From contig JAHRHZ010000271.1 of NCBI GenBank assembly GCA_024137785.1, positions 21,493,130 to 21,557,129 of the forward strand: DNA of 64,000 nucleotides, read 5' to 3'. Position numbers and translations under genes: made by a program. Below, piece by piece: positions 25,061-38,479 of this stretch. The DNA comes from Ginglymostoma cirratum (taxonomy: Eukaryota). Position 1 is the stretch's first letter; every line of letters begins with the position of its first letter. A model generated the notes under the pieces. It saw only the letters and a program-made list of their open reading frames with translations. It was not told where the DNA came from and searched no databases.

Positions 25061-26919
25061 TAAAAACAAAGAATTGAAATAAGGGGAAAGATATCAAACA
25101 AAAGATATATAACAAAGACACCATGTTTATGAAGAATGACAGAATTTATAACAGCAGGATTAAGGAGATAAAAATAAATTAAAGTTTGAAGGGAAAATAA
25201 AAGGGATATTACAAAAATAAAATATAACCAAACAGAATAATAGAGGGGAAAAATGCAAAATAAATATTAAATCCACAGCAAAGAAGAGAAAGAGAGTATC
25301 ATGGAGAAATGAAGAGAATTTACAATCTGTAAATAAACTAAATGGAAAAGGAGAGCAAACAAGAATGTTGTTGAAGGATCATTTAGTAAAAAAAAGTGCA
25401 TACTTATGATAAAGTGAAACAATGAAGTATTTTGTTCATCATTTTGTGGAAGTGATGTTGGTATACAAAATTATTTTGTTATCAGTTAGAAGATATTAGA
25501 AATTAAAGAAGAAAAAAGATGTAAAACAAGATCAGTAATGTGAAAAAAATTCTGGTCATGCCAGGCAGATTAGTATGCTCATGTGAACAGAAAGCACAGA
25601 TCAACATTTCAGGTGTAATCCTCCATCAGCACTTCATATTGAACAGAGTTTAATTCCTCCCCAAAGTCACTAGCTCACTTAATTTTCTCAATTTTCCTAC
25701 GTGGTTACAAAATTTGACTCATATTTAATGTTAAATTCGTGACCTACATTCATTACAATTGAATAACTGGCCAAAAACATGGATTCATTTCAGTTCACTA
25801 TGCTGTGGATAAAGCTGAAAGAAAGAGAGGGAAATGAAACCTTTCTTTAGCGGAATATATAGACAAATAAAAAAACAATAGTTTATTTAAATTCTGTATC
25901 ATATAATGATAGCAATATCACTCAGATAGTACTGTCCAGGCCCAGGGGACAATTGGAGAGGTAGGCGTTACAGATTTTCTCTGGGTTGTATTTTCCTTCC
26001 TTATACAACAAACAAAGGGTGTTTTGTATTACTTTACCAATTCAACTGTTAATACCCAACAGAAATACAAGCAGACCATCTGCTTCAAAGTGCAAAAGAG
26101 TTAAGTTTCACTCATTGGATTTCGTTGTAGGGGACAAATTGAAGTTTTTTTTTAAAAGTCTCTGTACACAGATCAAAGCAAACTTAGATAGCAACTGTAA
26201 GGAAACAAAGTGGAAGTTCTAGAATGACCAAGCTCAAGTCTGGTTTTAAAATACACCTGAGGTTTTTGAGATTCCCAAATGGATTGGAATGAAAACTTTC
26301 AGCCCCCAGCATCAAAGAAGAATAACGTGATCCCCAGAAATGTTTTTATTTCTTTGCTCATCATGCATCTTCCTGTTTTTGCCATTATATTTGTTTTAAT
26401 TTTCCATCAACAGCACCTTCACTCCAACTATGTTGAATGAAATAGGAAGGAACAGGAAAGCAGACAGACAGATACCTGATGCACATCTGCTTTTGATGTA
26501 AATATATTTTCATGATACATAGGTACTTTTTTTCTTCCCCGGCGCACGTCCAAACATGTTCTGTATATATGCAAGAAAAGAACTAAATACAGTGCACAGG
26601 CAATGCTTAACATTATGGAAAGGTACATTCTCTATTCTGATAACTAAACAATGAAATAAAGAGCTGCAAGCACTTTTGTCGGAAGTATCTAATCCCACTA
26701 TGTGCAGTTAAGCACACCTGTCTTTACAATTACACAGTGTGTGCCTCTTGCTGCCTCTTTAACTTCTGGTTTGATTAGTGAAACTTAAACACAAGAGTCT
26801 GCGATAGCATCACACGTACCTTCCACTGCAGTACATGAAAAAGAGATCTTTTAAGTTTTCAAATAAAAATAGGAAATTGGAAATACTAAGCAGAACAGAC
26901 AACATCTATCACAGAATTA

Positions 26920-28535
26920 CAGAAGTGTTACAGCATAGAAGGAGGCCATTCAACTTATCCGGTCTGCACAGACTCTCCAAATGAGTATCATGACTTAGTG
27001 CCTTTTCCCACATCCCACAATCTTTCTATTTAAGTAATCATCTAATGCTCTCTTGAATGCCTCCACCATACTTCCAGGTAGTGCATTCCAGACCCAATCA
27101 TTGTGCGAAAATATTATTTTTCTCACATCACATTTGCTTCTTTGCTCTCTCCTTCTACATTCTTTTGTAAGCAGGAAGAATGTCTCCCTACCTACTGCAT
27201 TCAGCCCACCCGTAACTTTAAAATTACTATCAATCCTCACTTAGCTTTCTTCCATCCAAGGAGAACAGTCCTAAAGTCTCCAATCTATCCTCATAAGTGA
27301 AGATCCTCATGGAACCATACTTATAAATGTGTTCTACACTCTGTCGAATTTCTTGGTCTCCCTGCCTGTGCTGCCACCTTCAAAAATCTGCCCACACACA
27401 TAACAGGTAGATCTGCTCAATCCCTTTAGAATTGTAACGATTATCTCATATTGGTTGTCCCTGTTTTTCTTACCAAGATGCATCACCATGCACTTCTCCA
27501 CTTTAAACTTCAACTGTCACTGATCCTTCCAAATCCACCAACTTCTCTATGTCCTTTAAATTTCTACATAGTCCTCCTTATAGTTTGCAATGCTTTCGGG
27601 TTTTGTATCGCCAAAAATTTTGAAATTGTTCCATGAATGCCAAGATCGAGATCATTAATACATATAAGGAAAATCAGAGATTCCAATTCATATCCTTGGT
27701 CACTCCACAACAAATCTTCCTCTGGACTAAAAAATACATTAATTATTACTCTCTACTTCCTATCTTTCAGCCAATTTTGTATCCACATTGCCACTACCCC
27801 TTTTTATTCTATAGTCTTTAATTAGTCTCCTAAATCCATTGTATAGCACTTCATTAAACCCCTTTTGGAAGCCTAACTAAAACCAGAACATCTGGATAAA
27901 CTCAACCAGTATGGTAACTTATGTGCAAAGATAAACAGTTAACTTCTCTCTTCAAAGAGTTGTACTGGACTTAAAACATTAACTCTGTTTCTCCCTCCCC
28001 AGGTGCTGCCAGATCTGCTGAGTTTCTCCTGTACTTTCTGTTTTTATTTCAAATCTCTGCAGTACTTTGTTTATATTTGAGTCTGAAGTTCAAATACCTC
28101 TGTTCATTCCACAAGTGTGATTCTAAACTGCTGGTCACTTATCATTTTTAATTATCCAACTCACTTTCACCCTAAACTTTCTATCTTCCATTTTCCAAAC
28201 TGTTCCATTGAAGCCCACCATACTTTGATAAACAACATTTTACCCTTTAATAAGGAACTTCAACAATGTGCTCAATCTCCCGCAATCAGAAATGCACCTC
28301 CCATGTTTATAGACTCACCCTAGACCTAATCAATCCTTTGTGTTAGTTCTCAAAAGACCCCAGCATGTTAGTCTGACATAATTTCGCTTTTAGAAATCCA
28401 TGTTGGCTCTTCAAAATCAACCTAGCTTTTTTTTCATGTGACCACTAATTTTATCTGAAATAATGGTTTCTAGAAGCATCGCCTCCATTGAAGTTAAAGT
28501 CACTGGTTTGTAATTGCTGGGCTTATCTTTATAAC
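26920..28535 (-). mobile_element. Decayed CR1 LINE, interrupted at ~27880-28330
   Basis: ORF 26995-27240(-) reads FKVTGGLNAVGRETFF...VWNALPGSMVEAFKRALDDYL. RT-region remnants continue to ~28530. Confidence 0.75.
27880..28075. mobile_element. Old palindromic PLE terminal element (same family as 1-240)
   Basis: ggacttaaaacattaactctgtttctccctccccaggtgctgccagatctgctgagtttctcc, preceded by a decayed inverted arm. Confidence 0.6.
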
Positions 28536-28539
28536 TTAG

Positions 28540-29060
28540 ATGGAGAGAGAGAAAGGTGAATTAACACTTCAGAGTAATTACCTTTAATTAGAACTGGAAG
28601 AACTTTGGGATTTAGCATTTTTTAAGCAGAGGAAGAACTAAGGATAGGGTATGGGATGTATTTGGAGGGGGGGGAATGAGGAAGGAACACAATGATTGTT
28701 ATGGGATAGATCAAATTATAAAATGAATGATAGTGTGCAAGCAAAATAAGTGGTAACGGGACAAATTTAGAATGAAAATATGGCGTCAGATGAGATGTAA
28801 GTGTTAACAGGAAAGCATTACATCAATGTTTATCAATAAACATGGGAGGGGTATTTTTGATTGAAGGAGGTTGAATACATAATTGAGGTTATAAAGTTCC
28901 TAGTTAAAATGTAAAATCAAATTATGATGAGCTTCAGTGGCATAGCTTGTAAAATGAAAGATAATGAGGTCAAAGTGAGAGTGAGATGAATAATTAAAAT
29001 GATACGACCAGCAGCTTAGGGTCAGGAATGAGGAATGAACAGAGGTGTTCAGCAAGTTAC
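28540..29060 (-). mobile_element. Old, highly decayed Penelope-like element 3' end
   Basis: Order on the + strand is terminal-repeat remnant, purine-rich tract, then residues antisense to a GIY-YIG C-terminus (ttgaatacataattgagg..taaagttccta). This mirrors 29185-29778. Confidence 0.45.
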
Positions 29061-29124
29061 ACCATAAAATGTGTTTAATAGAGTCACCTTAATTTTATGT
29101 GAAGGAAATCATGTTTGAAAGGTA

Positions 29125-29914
29125 TATCAGAATTGTGTTGAAGCCTGTCTAGTAGGGTAGATGAGAGGAAACTGGTGAATGAAGATGACATGTCCATCCT
29201 GGGCCTCCTGCAGCGCCACAATGATGCCACCCGAAGGCTGCAGGAACAGCAAATCACATTCAGCCTGGGAACCCTGCAGCCCAATGGTATCAATGTAGAT
29301 TTCACAAGCTTCGAAATCTCCCCTCCCCCAACCACATCCCAAAACCAGCCCAGCTCGTCCCCGCCTCCCTAACCTGTTCTTCCTCTCACCTATCCCCTCC
29401 TCCCACCTCAAGCCGCACCCCCATCTCCTATCTAGTAACCTCATCCCACCCGCTTGACCTGTCCGTCCTCCCTGGACTGACCTATCTCCTCCCTACCTCC
29501 CCACCTACACTCACCTTTACTGGCTCCATCCCCGCCTCTTTGACTTGTCTGTCTCCTCTCCTCCTATCCTCTCCTCTATCCATCTTCTATCCTCCTCCCC
29601 CTATCTCCCGATTTATTTCAGAGCCCTCTTCCCCTCCCCCATTTCTGATGAAGGGTCTAGGCCCGAAACATCAAGCTTTCCTGCGCCTGTGATGCTGCTT
29701 GGCCTGCTGTGTTCATCCAGCTCCACACCTTGTTATCTCGAATTCTCCAGCATCTGCAGTACCTATTATCTCTTATCATGGTGAATGAAGTATATTTGGT
29801 GTTTCAGAAGACATTCAAGGGGAGGTTGTTACACAAAATTTAAACTCATGGGATTAGCCGCAATGCATTATTATGTATTGAGATTATTTTAACATAGAGG
29901 AAAAAAAAACGAAT
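29125..29914 (+). mobile_element. CR1 RT remnant split by the Penelope insertion
   Basis: Joining the flanks gives SRVDERKLVNEVYLVFQKTF..RLLHKI.THGI, matching CR1 'VDVVYLDFQKAFDKVPH.RL..K'. Confidence 0.7.
29185..29778 (+). mobile_element. 5'-truncated Penelope-like retroelement: GIY-YIG endonuclease C-terminus, pyrimidine-rich 3' UTR, hammerhead-bearing terminal repeat
   Basis: Peptide DMSILGLLQRHNDATRRLQEQQITFSLGTLQPNGINVDF (PLE 'EQ..IF.LGTL.P.G.N' motif). CTGATGA-agggtctaggccc-GAAA-CATC at 29645-29672. TSD tggtgaatgaag at 29173-29184 and 29779-29790. Confidence 0.9.
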
Positions 29915-29948
29915 ATAGAGACATAGAGACATAGAGACGTATAGAGAC

Positions 29949-30045
29949 ATTTCTGATGAAGGGTCTAAGCCCAAAACATCAAGCTTTCCTGCTCCGATGA
30001 TGCTGCTTGGCCTGCTGCGTTCATCCAGCTCCACACCTTGTTATC
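29949..30045 (+). mobile_element. Single-arm PLE terminal repeat preceded by (ATAGAGAC)n
   Basis: atttCTGATGAagggtctaagcccAAAAcatc...ccttgttatc. Imperfect TSD atagagacgtatag (29931-29944) / acagagacatatag (30046-30059). Confidence 0.85.
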
Positions 30046-30444
30046 ACAGAGACATATAGGTCATTTTCAGGATAACAAAGTATAAACATCCTGGCCAGAA
30101 AGAACAGTAGTACACACAATCTCTTAGAAAATCAAAAGAACTTCTGGTGTCCAATGTTTGATGAGGCGATTGAGTGTAATGTAGAAAAATTGATTCTACA
30201 AGGAGAGAATTTGCAGTTAATTTTGTCTGAAAGCAGATTACTGTGGGTTTCCATGATATTATGAATGTACACTGGTCTACTTGCAGACAGTTTTGAGCAA
30301 TTGCCCACCACTAAAGTCAAAGACAGGGCATAGGAATCCTGCTGTATCCATTTTGAGAAATGTAACCACATGCTACGATTTCTGTTGAATGATGAGACAG
30401 GTAACGTCGTAAATTTGGTATCTATTGAGGTGGAGAGCAACAGG

Positions 30445-30540
30445 CACAAACACAGAGGTTGCAGGAGAAAGGTCTGGAGCATCAGGGGAGAAACAAACAG
30501 AGTTAAATGTTTGAGTCCATAATGATTCTTCTTCAGAACT
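30445..30540 (-). mobile_element. Old PLE terminal repeat fragment
   Basis: Minus-strand agttCTGAAGAagaatcattatggactcaaacatttaactctg. Confidence 0.6.
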
Positions 30541-31999
30541 GCTCCAACTGTTCCCACTGTTTCCACTTGTGGATTTGGTTTTCCTGAGTAGAGTTAGTTG
30601 TATCAGTGCAAATAAATCTTGCAATATGAGCTTCAAACTGATCTCAGGCATCTTTTTTGGATTTACAAATGACAGTGGGCCAATTATTTGGCATTTACCA
30701 ATATGGTGAGCCTACTGGCTGCCTGATCGAAGACTTGAGACACCATTATCACCCAAAAAATGGATTATGTATGGCTAGGATTTGAGGCCTGTCTATCAGA
30801 TCAAAAGTCAGAATTCTAGTCTTGATATCATAAAATCTGGGCTACATGTTCTCAGATAATCAACTGTCAGGTTTATTACGCCATAGCACTCTACTATCCA
30901 TATCTCCTGATATCTCCATCATTCCCACATTAATCTAAAGATTCCAAGTTCAATGGATCCTTTTCCATCAGCTTAATTATTACTAATTGTCAGACATTGT
31001 GGGTTTCTTGATAGAAACACAATCACAGTGCAAAGGAAGCACTCTATTTTCATGGTCATAAAGTACATAACTCGGAAGTATGTTTAGGAAGTATTACTCA
31101 AATGAATACTCAATTAACTAACCACCTTGTCCTTGTTACAAGTATTTATAGAATCATGGAGTCTGTGTAATTAAGTGGTTGGAGTGGATGTATGAAATAA
31201 TAATTTATATGGTTGCCAATTGAGTTTGTTTTGCAAGTACTACGGAGAACACAATGTCAGAACTTTTATTCTGCTGCATGTTTGGTAAGATGCATAACTT
31301 GGTGTCACCTAAAGTTAACCAAATTAGTACATTAAGATTTTTACCTCGATGTAAGAGATTTTTTCCATCTGAATTAGGTGAAAGGTCGTCTCTCACCTCC
31401 CAGTTGCCAATTATGTCCCCTGAAACTGCCTCAACTGAAACAAATATGATACTATTCTAAACATCTGACTTATTTAGCTTTGCTTTGGCATGACATATGT
31501 GCCAAATATGTAACCACATAACTACTTGCAAAATGCAATGTGGTTGAAATAAACTATGTCTACCCAATAATTGTTTTAATTGCTGCTACTAACCCATAAG
31601 TAGAAACATTTAATGGTCATTTTAAACCTACACCAAAACTAAAAAAAAACCACTAAAATTAAATGTCATGCTTAACGTTACATTCTGTACAAGATAGAAT
31701 TGAAAATAGTCCCCAAGTCTTTTCTAAATGTCAATTTAAAAGTTGTCAAATCCACCAGTCATCCATACAACCCTAGAACTGCTCATTAATTTTGAGAAGA
31801 TAAAATTTAGGAACATATCCTAATCCTATACTAGTGTGACATAAATGATCTCTCCTACCATGGAAACACCTTCTCCATGTCGACTCTATCCAGGCCTGTC
31901 AGTATTCTGTCATTATTCTGTAAGATTATCCATTCGTTCAAGCCACATGACCCAATCCAGCAGTCGGCACAGTCCAGTGATAGTGTCTTGAGATATCTT

Positions 32000-34330
32000 C
32001 AGCCAGATAGCCAACATTGCATCTTGCTCACCCAACATTGAGGATGGTGGGTCCTGGGCTTCCTGTGCATTCAGTGCATTTTCAGAGGTCCTTCAGCTGC
32101 AAACTCTTCATGTAGGAGCTGTTCATGTTTGGCTGAACGTTATTGTAGTTTGTGGACTTATTTGTTCTTCTTACATTTCACTGGGTAGCAGTAGTGATGA
32201 TCACACCTGCTTGGGGAGCAAAGAAAAAATGCAGAAGATGCCCTAGGAAATGAATATTCACGTCCATTACAAAGGAAGGCTTAACAACAGTGGGATGCAC
32301 TGTTTAAATGGAGATGGAATCAGTTCCATGTCCTGTGTACTCTTGGAAGACTTGCATTTGCTGTGTGGGTTGTGATCAATAGATGCCTCTTTTAAGGACA
32401 CTTGTGATTTCTCTGCTTCACAGAGATGTCTGTCCGCAATTTTCAAGGACCAATGACATGGTCAACACTGCTTGCAACATGTATTTGCACCCTACGTACT
32501 CATACACGGCATGCACGATGATCTGATTGCAAATTATTTCCATCTGTACTCTGCAATTACATTACTAATGCAGTTGCCCCTAAAGGACCTCCTGTCATGT
32601 TGAATTGAAGCCTGCATTATTGACCATCAAGCAGAGAGTGACCCTGCCATGATCAGAACTATTTTCCATTTGCATTATGGCACATCTTGGAAGATGATGC
32701 TGGTCATGTTGAATACCATGAGTACCAGGCTTGGCTTGGTCATCAGGATGCCCCTCAAAACTCTTAGTTTCCTTTCTACTTAGCACTCCCTGACTGTCAT
32801 TTCTACTGAACCCCCAAATATTCTCACCACCACCCTGAACTGAGGCTCCAAATTTCCTTCTTACTCCAAGCTTAACACCGCAGTCTGGTCATGCCCAGCA
32901 TCATGCTGCACACTCCTCCGCCACTAACCCTCCCCCACCCCACGCACTCCATCACCCACCATACCCCCCCCAAGGCAACAGTGGTGGTGACCACCTATCA
33001 CCTCCTATTCCACAGCATCCCATGATCTCCATGTACTACTTATGCATTGAAATTCCCCCTTTCAACAGCCTTAAAAATTAACATCCCAAATTGTTGTCTC
33101 TAGTCCCCAGTGCTGAGACCCCCTGTCTACACGCACCTCCCAAACAGAAAATTATCCTAAGATTCACATCCATGGCATTCATTCGTGATGACCCCCAGGA
33201 CTGACCATACTATGCTGCTATGACTGACTTGGAGATACAGCGCCAATTAACAATGAGCAGAGCCCTGACTGATCTTTGTGAAGTTCCCCACTGATGATTT
33301 GTGTATTCCCTAACTTCTTGCTTGGTACCTGCAGGGCTGAACATGGTCCACTCCCTGGACTGGAGTGAGACAGACTCCTCCTGACCCTAATTAGCCCAAG
33401 TGGGTGACTGGCCATCCCCAAGCCACTGAACTGAGTTTGGATGCTGCCCAGGGTCCCTGACTGAAGGATATCTCCCTGGACTTTGAGGCATGGCATTTGT
33501 TTGATGCACATGCATTGTATTTGGCACACAGCCTGCATGACCAAGTTGTGTGTTTGAAATTGACTGATAAGCTGCCTGGCTTTGTGTCAGCATTAAAGGC
33601 GGAAATACTGTGGGGTTTTCAAATACAGTTGTTGGGGGGGGAGGGGAGGCAATTACTAAATGGCAAGTGAAGAAAAAGCAAGGTAGGGCTGCTGTGAACA
33701 TCCAGATAGGTACAAAGCGAGTGAGCACTTAGAAAGGAAACATGCAGCCTGGTGCAAGCTGGGTGCCTGTCCCTTTCTGCAAAGTATTTTTGTCGCAACG
33801 TTGCAGTGAGAGGGGCTGATGCACTTTAAAATGCAGCATTAAAGTGCAGAATCATATGATGAGCGGAATGGAGATGTACCGTGATGATGAGGAGAGGCTG
33901 GCCCTGGTTGGGTGCTAGAATCTGTGTACATAAGCTGCTGTCTGTGAAGCATACCCTGAGACAATGGTGCCTGGTGTCCAAGAGGGAGGTTCAGGAGGGT
34001 GAACAACAAACTGGCGTTGCCAAGTACCCGTTCTAGTTTTCATGTCAAGAATTCTTGGCATCTGGTTTCTATCCAGCGAATTGTATAAAGGCAACCTGTG
34101 CATTAGTGAGGTGAAATTATCTAATAATGAGGGTGATAATGAGTAATTATCTCTTTAATATGCATCTCGCTACCCATGAACAAAAATCTTCTCTCGATGT
34201 CGAGAACCACAGAAAAAATGTGACTTGTTGCTTCCCACATCGAGAAAGGCATCGCTAGATAACCCATCTGATTCTCCCAGGTTTTTCACCATAGTTAATG
34301 TTGTTTAGGCCCTGGGAAAATTCTGCTCAT
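32000..34330. mobile_element. Probable decayed DNA transposon (PIF/Harbinger-like)
   Basis: GC-richer block with weak remnants resembling the other Harbinger-like blocks. No clean ORF or TIR pair resolved. Confidence 0.3.
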
Positions 34331-35024
34331 GTATTCTGCATGATAACAACTCTACCATTCAGAATTGACTTGCCAACCAATCAACACACACTTTTCATTT
34401 GTTTTCAAAGAAAATGTTAGTCCCCTTTTATACTGGTGCTCTTGCAAATGTACTGATGAGTACTAGATGAAAATCTTGAACAAAATGTGTCTTTTTTGGC
34501 ATTTAGGCAACTTTCTTAAGTTAAGGAACCTGAGATCCCTCACCTTCTTGCTGCAAATAGCTTTTAGATTAGAGCAGCAAATAAAACTACATGAATGAAG
34601 CAAGCATTTATAGAGGGAAAGAAACAATACCCTCACATCCTAGAACATTGCTCAATCTGTTTCAAAGTTGCTTCATATTGAATACTGCTTGAAGTACTTG
34701 GGTTTTGAGGATTGTGGAAAAGGGAAATTTCTTCATGTTTTCTGGGCATATCTGTAGTGGTTTCTTTAAAAGAGTTCATTGAAAGTTCATTGTGAACCAT
34801 GAAAGTTCATTTTTCTAACAAGGCTTCGTAGAAATCACATGATTGGTGTTAAGTCTCCCTGTACCTGGAAGTACAGCCCCTGACGGGATATCCCAGAATA
34901 GATGAGCATCTCTAGTTCCCACACAATATTTTAAAGGGCTGTTGTGCACCCAGGAGAAGCATGGATCTGTCCTGCACAGTTCATGATATTTGTCCCTGAT
35001 GTGGCAGATAAGAAAAGGCTGACA

Positions 35025-35560
35025 CTGCACTTTGCAGACACACACCTGGAAGTCCTGATGGACAGGCTGGTGCAGAGCAGAGATGTCCTCTTCACCTAGC
35101 ACCAACAGACCCTGCCAGCTTCGTCTAAGCTTGCCACTCGAATCAGTGACATGTCAGTCATCTGGAGGATTGCCCAGCAATGAAAGAAGGTCAATGAACT
35201 TCTCTAATATAAATATCTTCCCTCTGCTACCTGATGCTTACTCCAACTCTGGTACTGCACTCACTTCCCACCAAGGCTCATAGTCTATAACTCTCACTAT
35301 GCAACACCTTCCTACATTCACTCTCACCCACAACTAGCCTCCTGCCTCCTAACCCTACATGGTGTCTGTGTTGTCCACTCACTCATTCAGGAACCTCACC
35401 TTTACCCCACCTGCACCAGCTGAGCCACCCACTTTCATCTCACACAATCCCTCCTTTTCTCTCATTCCAGGAGGAAACAGCCCATAATACAGCAGAAATA
35501 GCCAAGGTGGGCTACTTGACATTCAGCTTCTCAACGACTGTGAAAAGGGGATCCTGGTCC
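35025..35560 (+). pseudogene. Decayed Myb/SANT-like gene of a PIF/Harbinger transposon (two exons)
   Basis: Exon A reads LHFADTHLEVLMDRLVQSRDVLF...IWRIAQQ*KKVNELL. After a ttttctctcattccag acceptor (35470), exon B reads EETAHNTAEIAK../GLLDIQLLNDCEKGIL. Confidence 0.6.
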
Positions 35561-37429
35561 TGACTGCTCTGAAATGCTGCCTGATCATAGTTAAGCCTCT
35601 GGATCAATCTTGGAGCTGTCTTTAACTTACCGTACCAGGACATTTGATTAAAGACTCTGTCCCTTGACTAAGCTGAGGACTGCTGACAACCCTGACAAAC
35701 AACCAGGTTTTGTGTCTGAACTAAACAGCAAAGTAATACAGAAATAATGTGAGCCTGGTAGCTCTGGCTGGGGCAAAGTGTCACAATAGCAGAGCAGGAG
35801 TTCTGCGAGCATCCAAATGGACACAAGGTGAGAAAGTGCTATGGGAATAAAGAAGCAGGGCTGAGGTGCAGCGTGGTCAAATCAGTCAAGTGGGTTCCTG
35901 TGCCTGAATGCAAGGTGTCCTTATAGCAGCGAAGTACCCCAAAGTGCAGCTTTAAAGTTCAGAGGAATCCTGTGAGGGGATTGGATCAGACAAATGCCAT
36001 GAGTGTCGTAAACAGTTCGTAGGTACACAACACTACCTTCTGTGGACATGGGGTATGTGCAGTTGGTGCCCTGGCATACATCTAGAGTCATTATGGCTGG
36101 GTGTACAAGATGGTGACCTGGAGAAGCAAGCAACGTGCTGAAATTACCAGGTACTGGCTCTAACTACTATATTGGGAATTGCCGATGTCCAGTTTCCTTC
36201 TGACAGGATAGGAAGCTGCATATTGATGGGGCAAGTTTTGGCATTAATGAAATCTTTTAACAAACCAATAATACCAGTCAATAGACATGTCACTGCTCCC
36301 TAGTGTGAATCCCATCTCAATGTCCAATTCTATTTGCAAATGCAATGAGTGTGTGTGTCTTTATTGAATACAGTTTGTTTTGATGATGAACCCAACATTA
36401 TAATTATTTCGAGATCTAGTTGATACATCTTTTTGTTTAACACCTGATATAGATGTGGTATGAAATTGGTTATCTTGGCAACTTGAAAAAGTATTTTAAT
36501 TTTATGTTGTGACCCATGGAGTAGGGACACTGGAATGAGAGTGCACTGTCTAGCCTTAGTGTTAACAATGACAATTCAAAATATAAAGCCTTCCACCTTG
36601 ACACCCAAGAAGCAGTGGCTCAGCATGGCATGGTCTTGGGATACCAATATAAGTGTACAAAGGTGGTTGTTACATCTGAAATAGTTAGCATTCAGCAATG
36701 CATGGGAAAAAATGCACTGAAGAATGGGTCTCAGACATGTTAAACCTACTTCACAAAATGGTTAGTTTGGCCTGGAAGAGCACAAAATCATTGTTTAAAT
36801 GATAAGGCACAATCCATCGAGAAACTGACTTCGAAACAATGCAAGTGCTATTGGTGAGAAGGAGGTAAAAATTACAACTAAGGTGGGTAATAATGTAGAA
36901 ATTTCCATAAGATGGGTATATGTGAAGAAAAAGCAGGACAATCTTTTAAATCCATGCACAACCTGTCACCAGGTAAGTGTGAGCCATTAAACTTTATCAC
37001 ATGTATGATTAGCGTCTGACTATTGAACAAAATATATATGCTTATATAAGGTCTTGATCACCTGTTTTAAAGATATCAAGGAGTGGAATTTAATGTTAGA
37101 ATTAAAAATGTTATGTCCAAAGTAGATCATTAAGGCTTAATCATCAAGGGTTAATAAGACATGGCAATAAGTAATTGAAGAAAAATACATGAAAAACAGG
37201 CTTAGTGCATTACTGTCTGTTTTGGTTGACAATGGCCTTGCCTTGGATTGGGAACGGGCTGTTTTACAGCAACACCTGGATTTGTTTGTGACCACCAAAG
37301 CACTGAGGAGAGCTTGGGAAAGTGCTCAGAATGGCAATGCAGCAGTTATCTCAGATTCAGAAGAGCATTAGTTTTGAGGTATTATAGTATTAATATGTGA
37401 AGAAACAAACAGAAATAAAGAAAATGAAA

Positions 37430-37870
37430 GACTAGTATTGATATAGATCTTTTCATGACCACCAGATGTCTCAAAGCTTTTACAGCTGACAAAGTACTTT
37501 CTGAAGCATAGCCACTGTTGTATTGCAGGAAACTTGTAATATACACACAGCAAACATCTACAGATAATAATGTGATAATGACCAGATAATCTATTTTTAT
37601 TATGTGATTTTGTTTGAGGATAAATACTGTCCAGAATACTTGGGATAACTCACTGACTTTTCTTAAGAGTAGTGCCATGAAATCTTTTACATCTGCCCAA
37701 GCAAACAGATGGAACTCTAGGTTAATATCAAACTTGAAAGGCAGAAGCTAAACTAATTCAATATTGCTTCAATACTGCACTAAAGTATCAGACTTGATTT
37801 TTGTGTTCAAGCTCTGAAATGGGAATATTGTAATGTGAAGATGAGAGAATTCCAAGTAACCTACAGCTGT
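37430..37870 (-). mobile_element. Deu-domain SINE (SacSINE1/AmnSINE1-like)
   Basis: Characteristic tagtgccatgaaatcttttacatctgccc...aatactgcactaaagtatcagact block and gataatgaccagataatct segment. Confidence 0.7.
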
Positions 37871-38479
37871 CAGAACCAACAAAGTAAGCACATCAAATCA
37901 CTCAAGCATTTATTGAAAATCTTTGGCCTGCGCCACTGTTTTTCTGGAAGCCAGTAGAGTACAGGTGAAGATACAATTGACAATAGAACTAATGTAAAAT
38001 GATGATTTGTAAGCTCTACAACTTAAATTTAATGCCATTTAACTTACCTTAGATAGACTGTTACTGCACAGATACAAGCCATTTGGCTATCTGCACCAAC
38101 ATTCTCCTCCATATGAGTCTAATCCATACTACCAGCCAGTCTCCACAGAATCTCATTCAAATCGTAGCCAATTTGCATTCATTACATACCTTCAATGTGG
38201 AAAACATCCAAATGGATTTTGCTAAGGTGTGATAGGACAAAATTCCTGACACAATGAAATGGATATAAAGTGAGGCATTTATTAAGGGAATTTGAAAGCC
38301 AGTTTAGACAGTTAAATGTATTACTGGAAGTGCTGGGGCAAAGGAAATTGAGGATAATGGGGAATAGGTGGGTGTATGGGATGTAGGGCCCATGTGGGCA
38401 AATGCACAAAAGGCCCAAGTCAAATGAATACACTAAGCTAACAGGTGCTTCTTTGTTTATGCTGTTAGTTGGCTGCTGG

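Noticed and set aside
25060-25400. Long A/purine-rich tract
   Set aside because: Low complexity, with no periodicity or coding signal.
29846-30034. Recurrent peptide MELDE(R/H)SRPSSII in several ORFs
   Set aside because: Antisense translation of the PLE terminal repeat, not a gene family.
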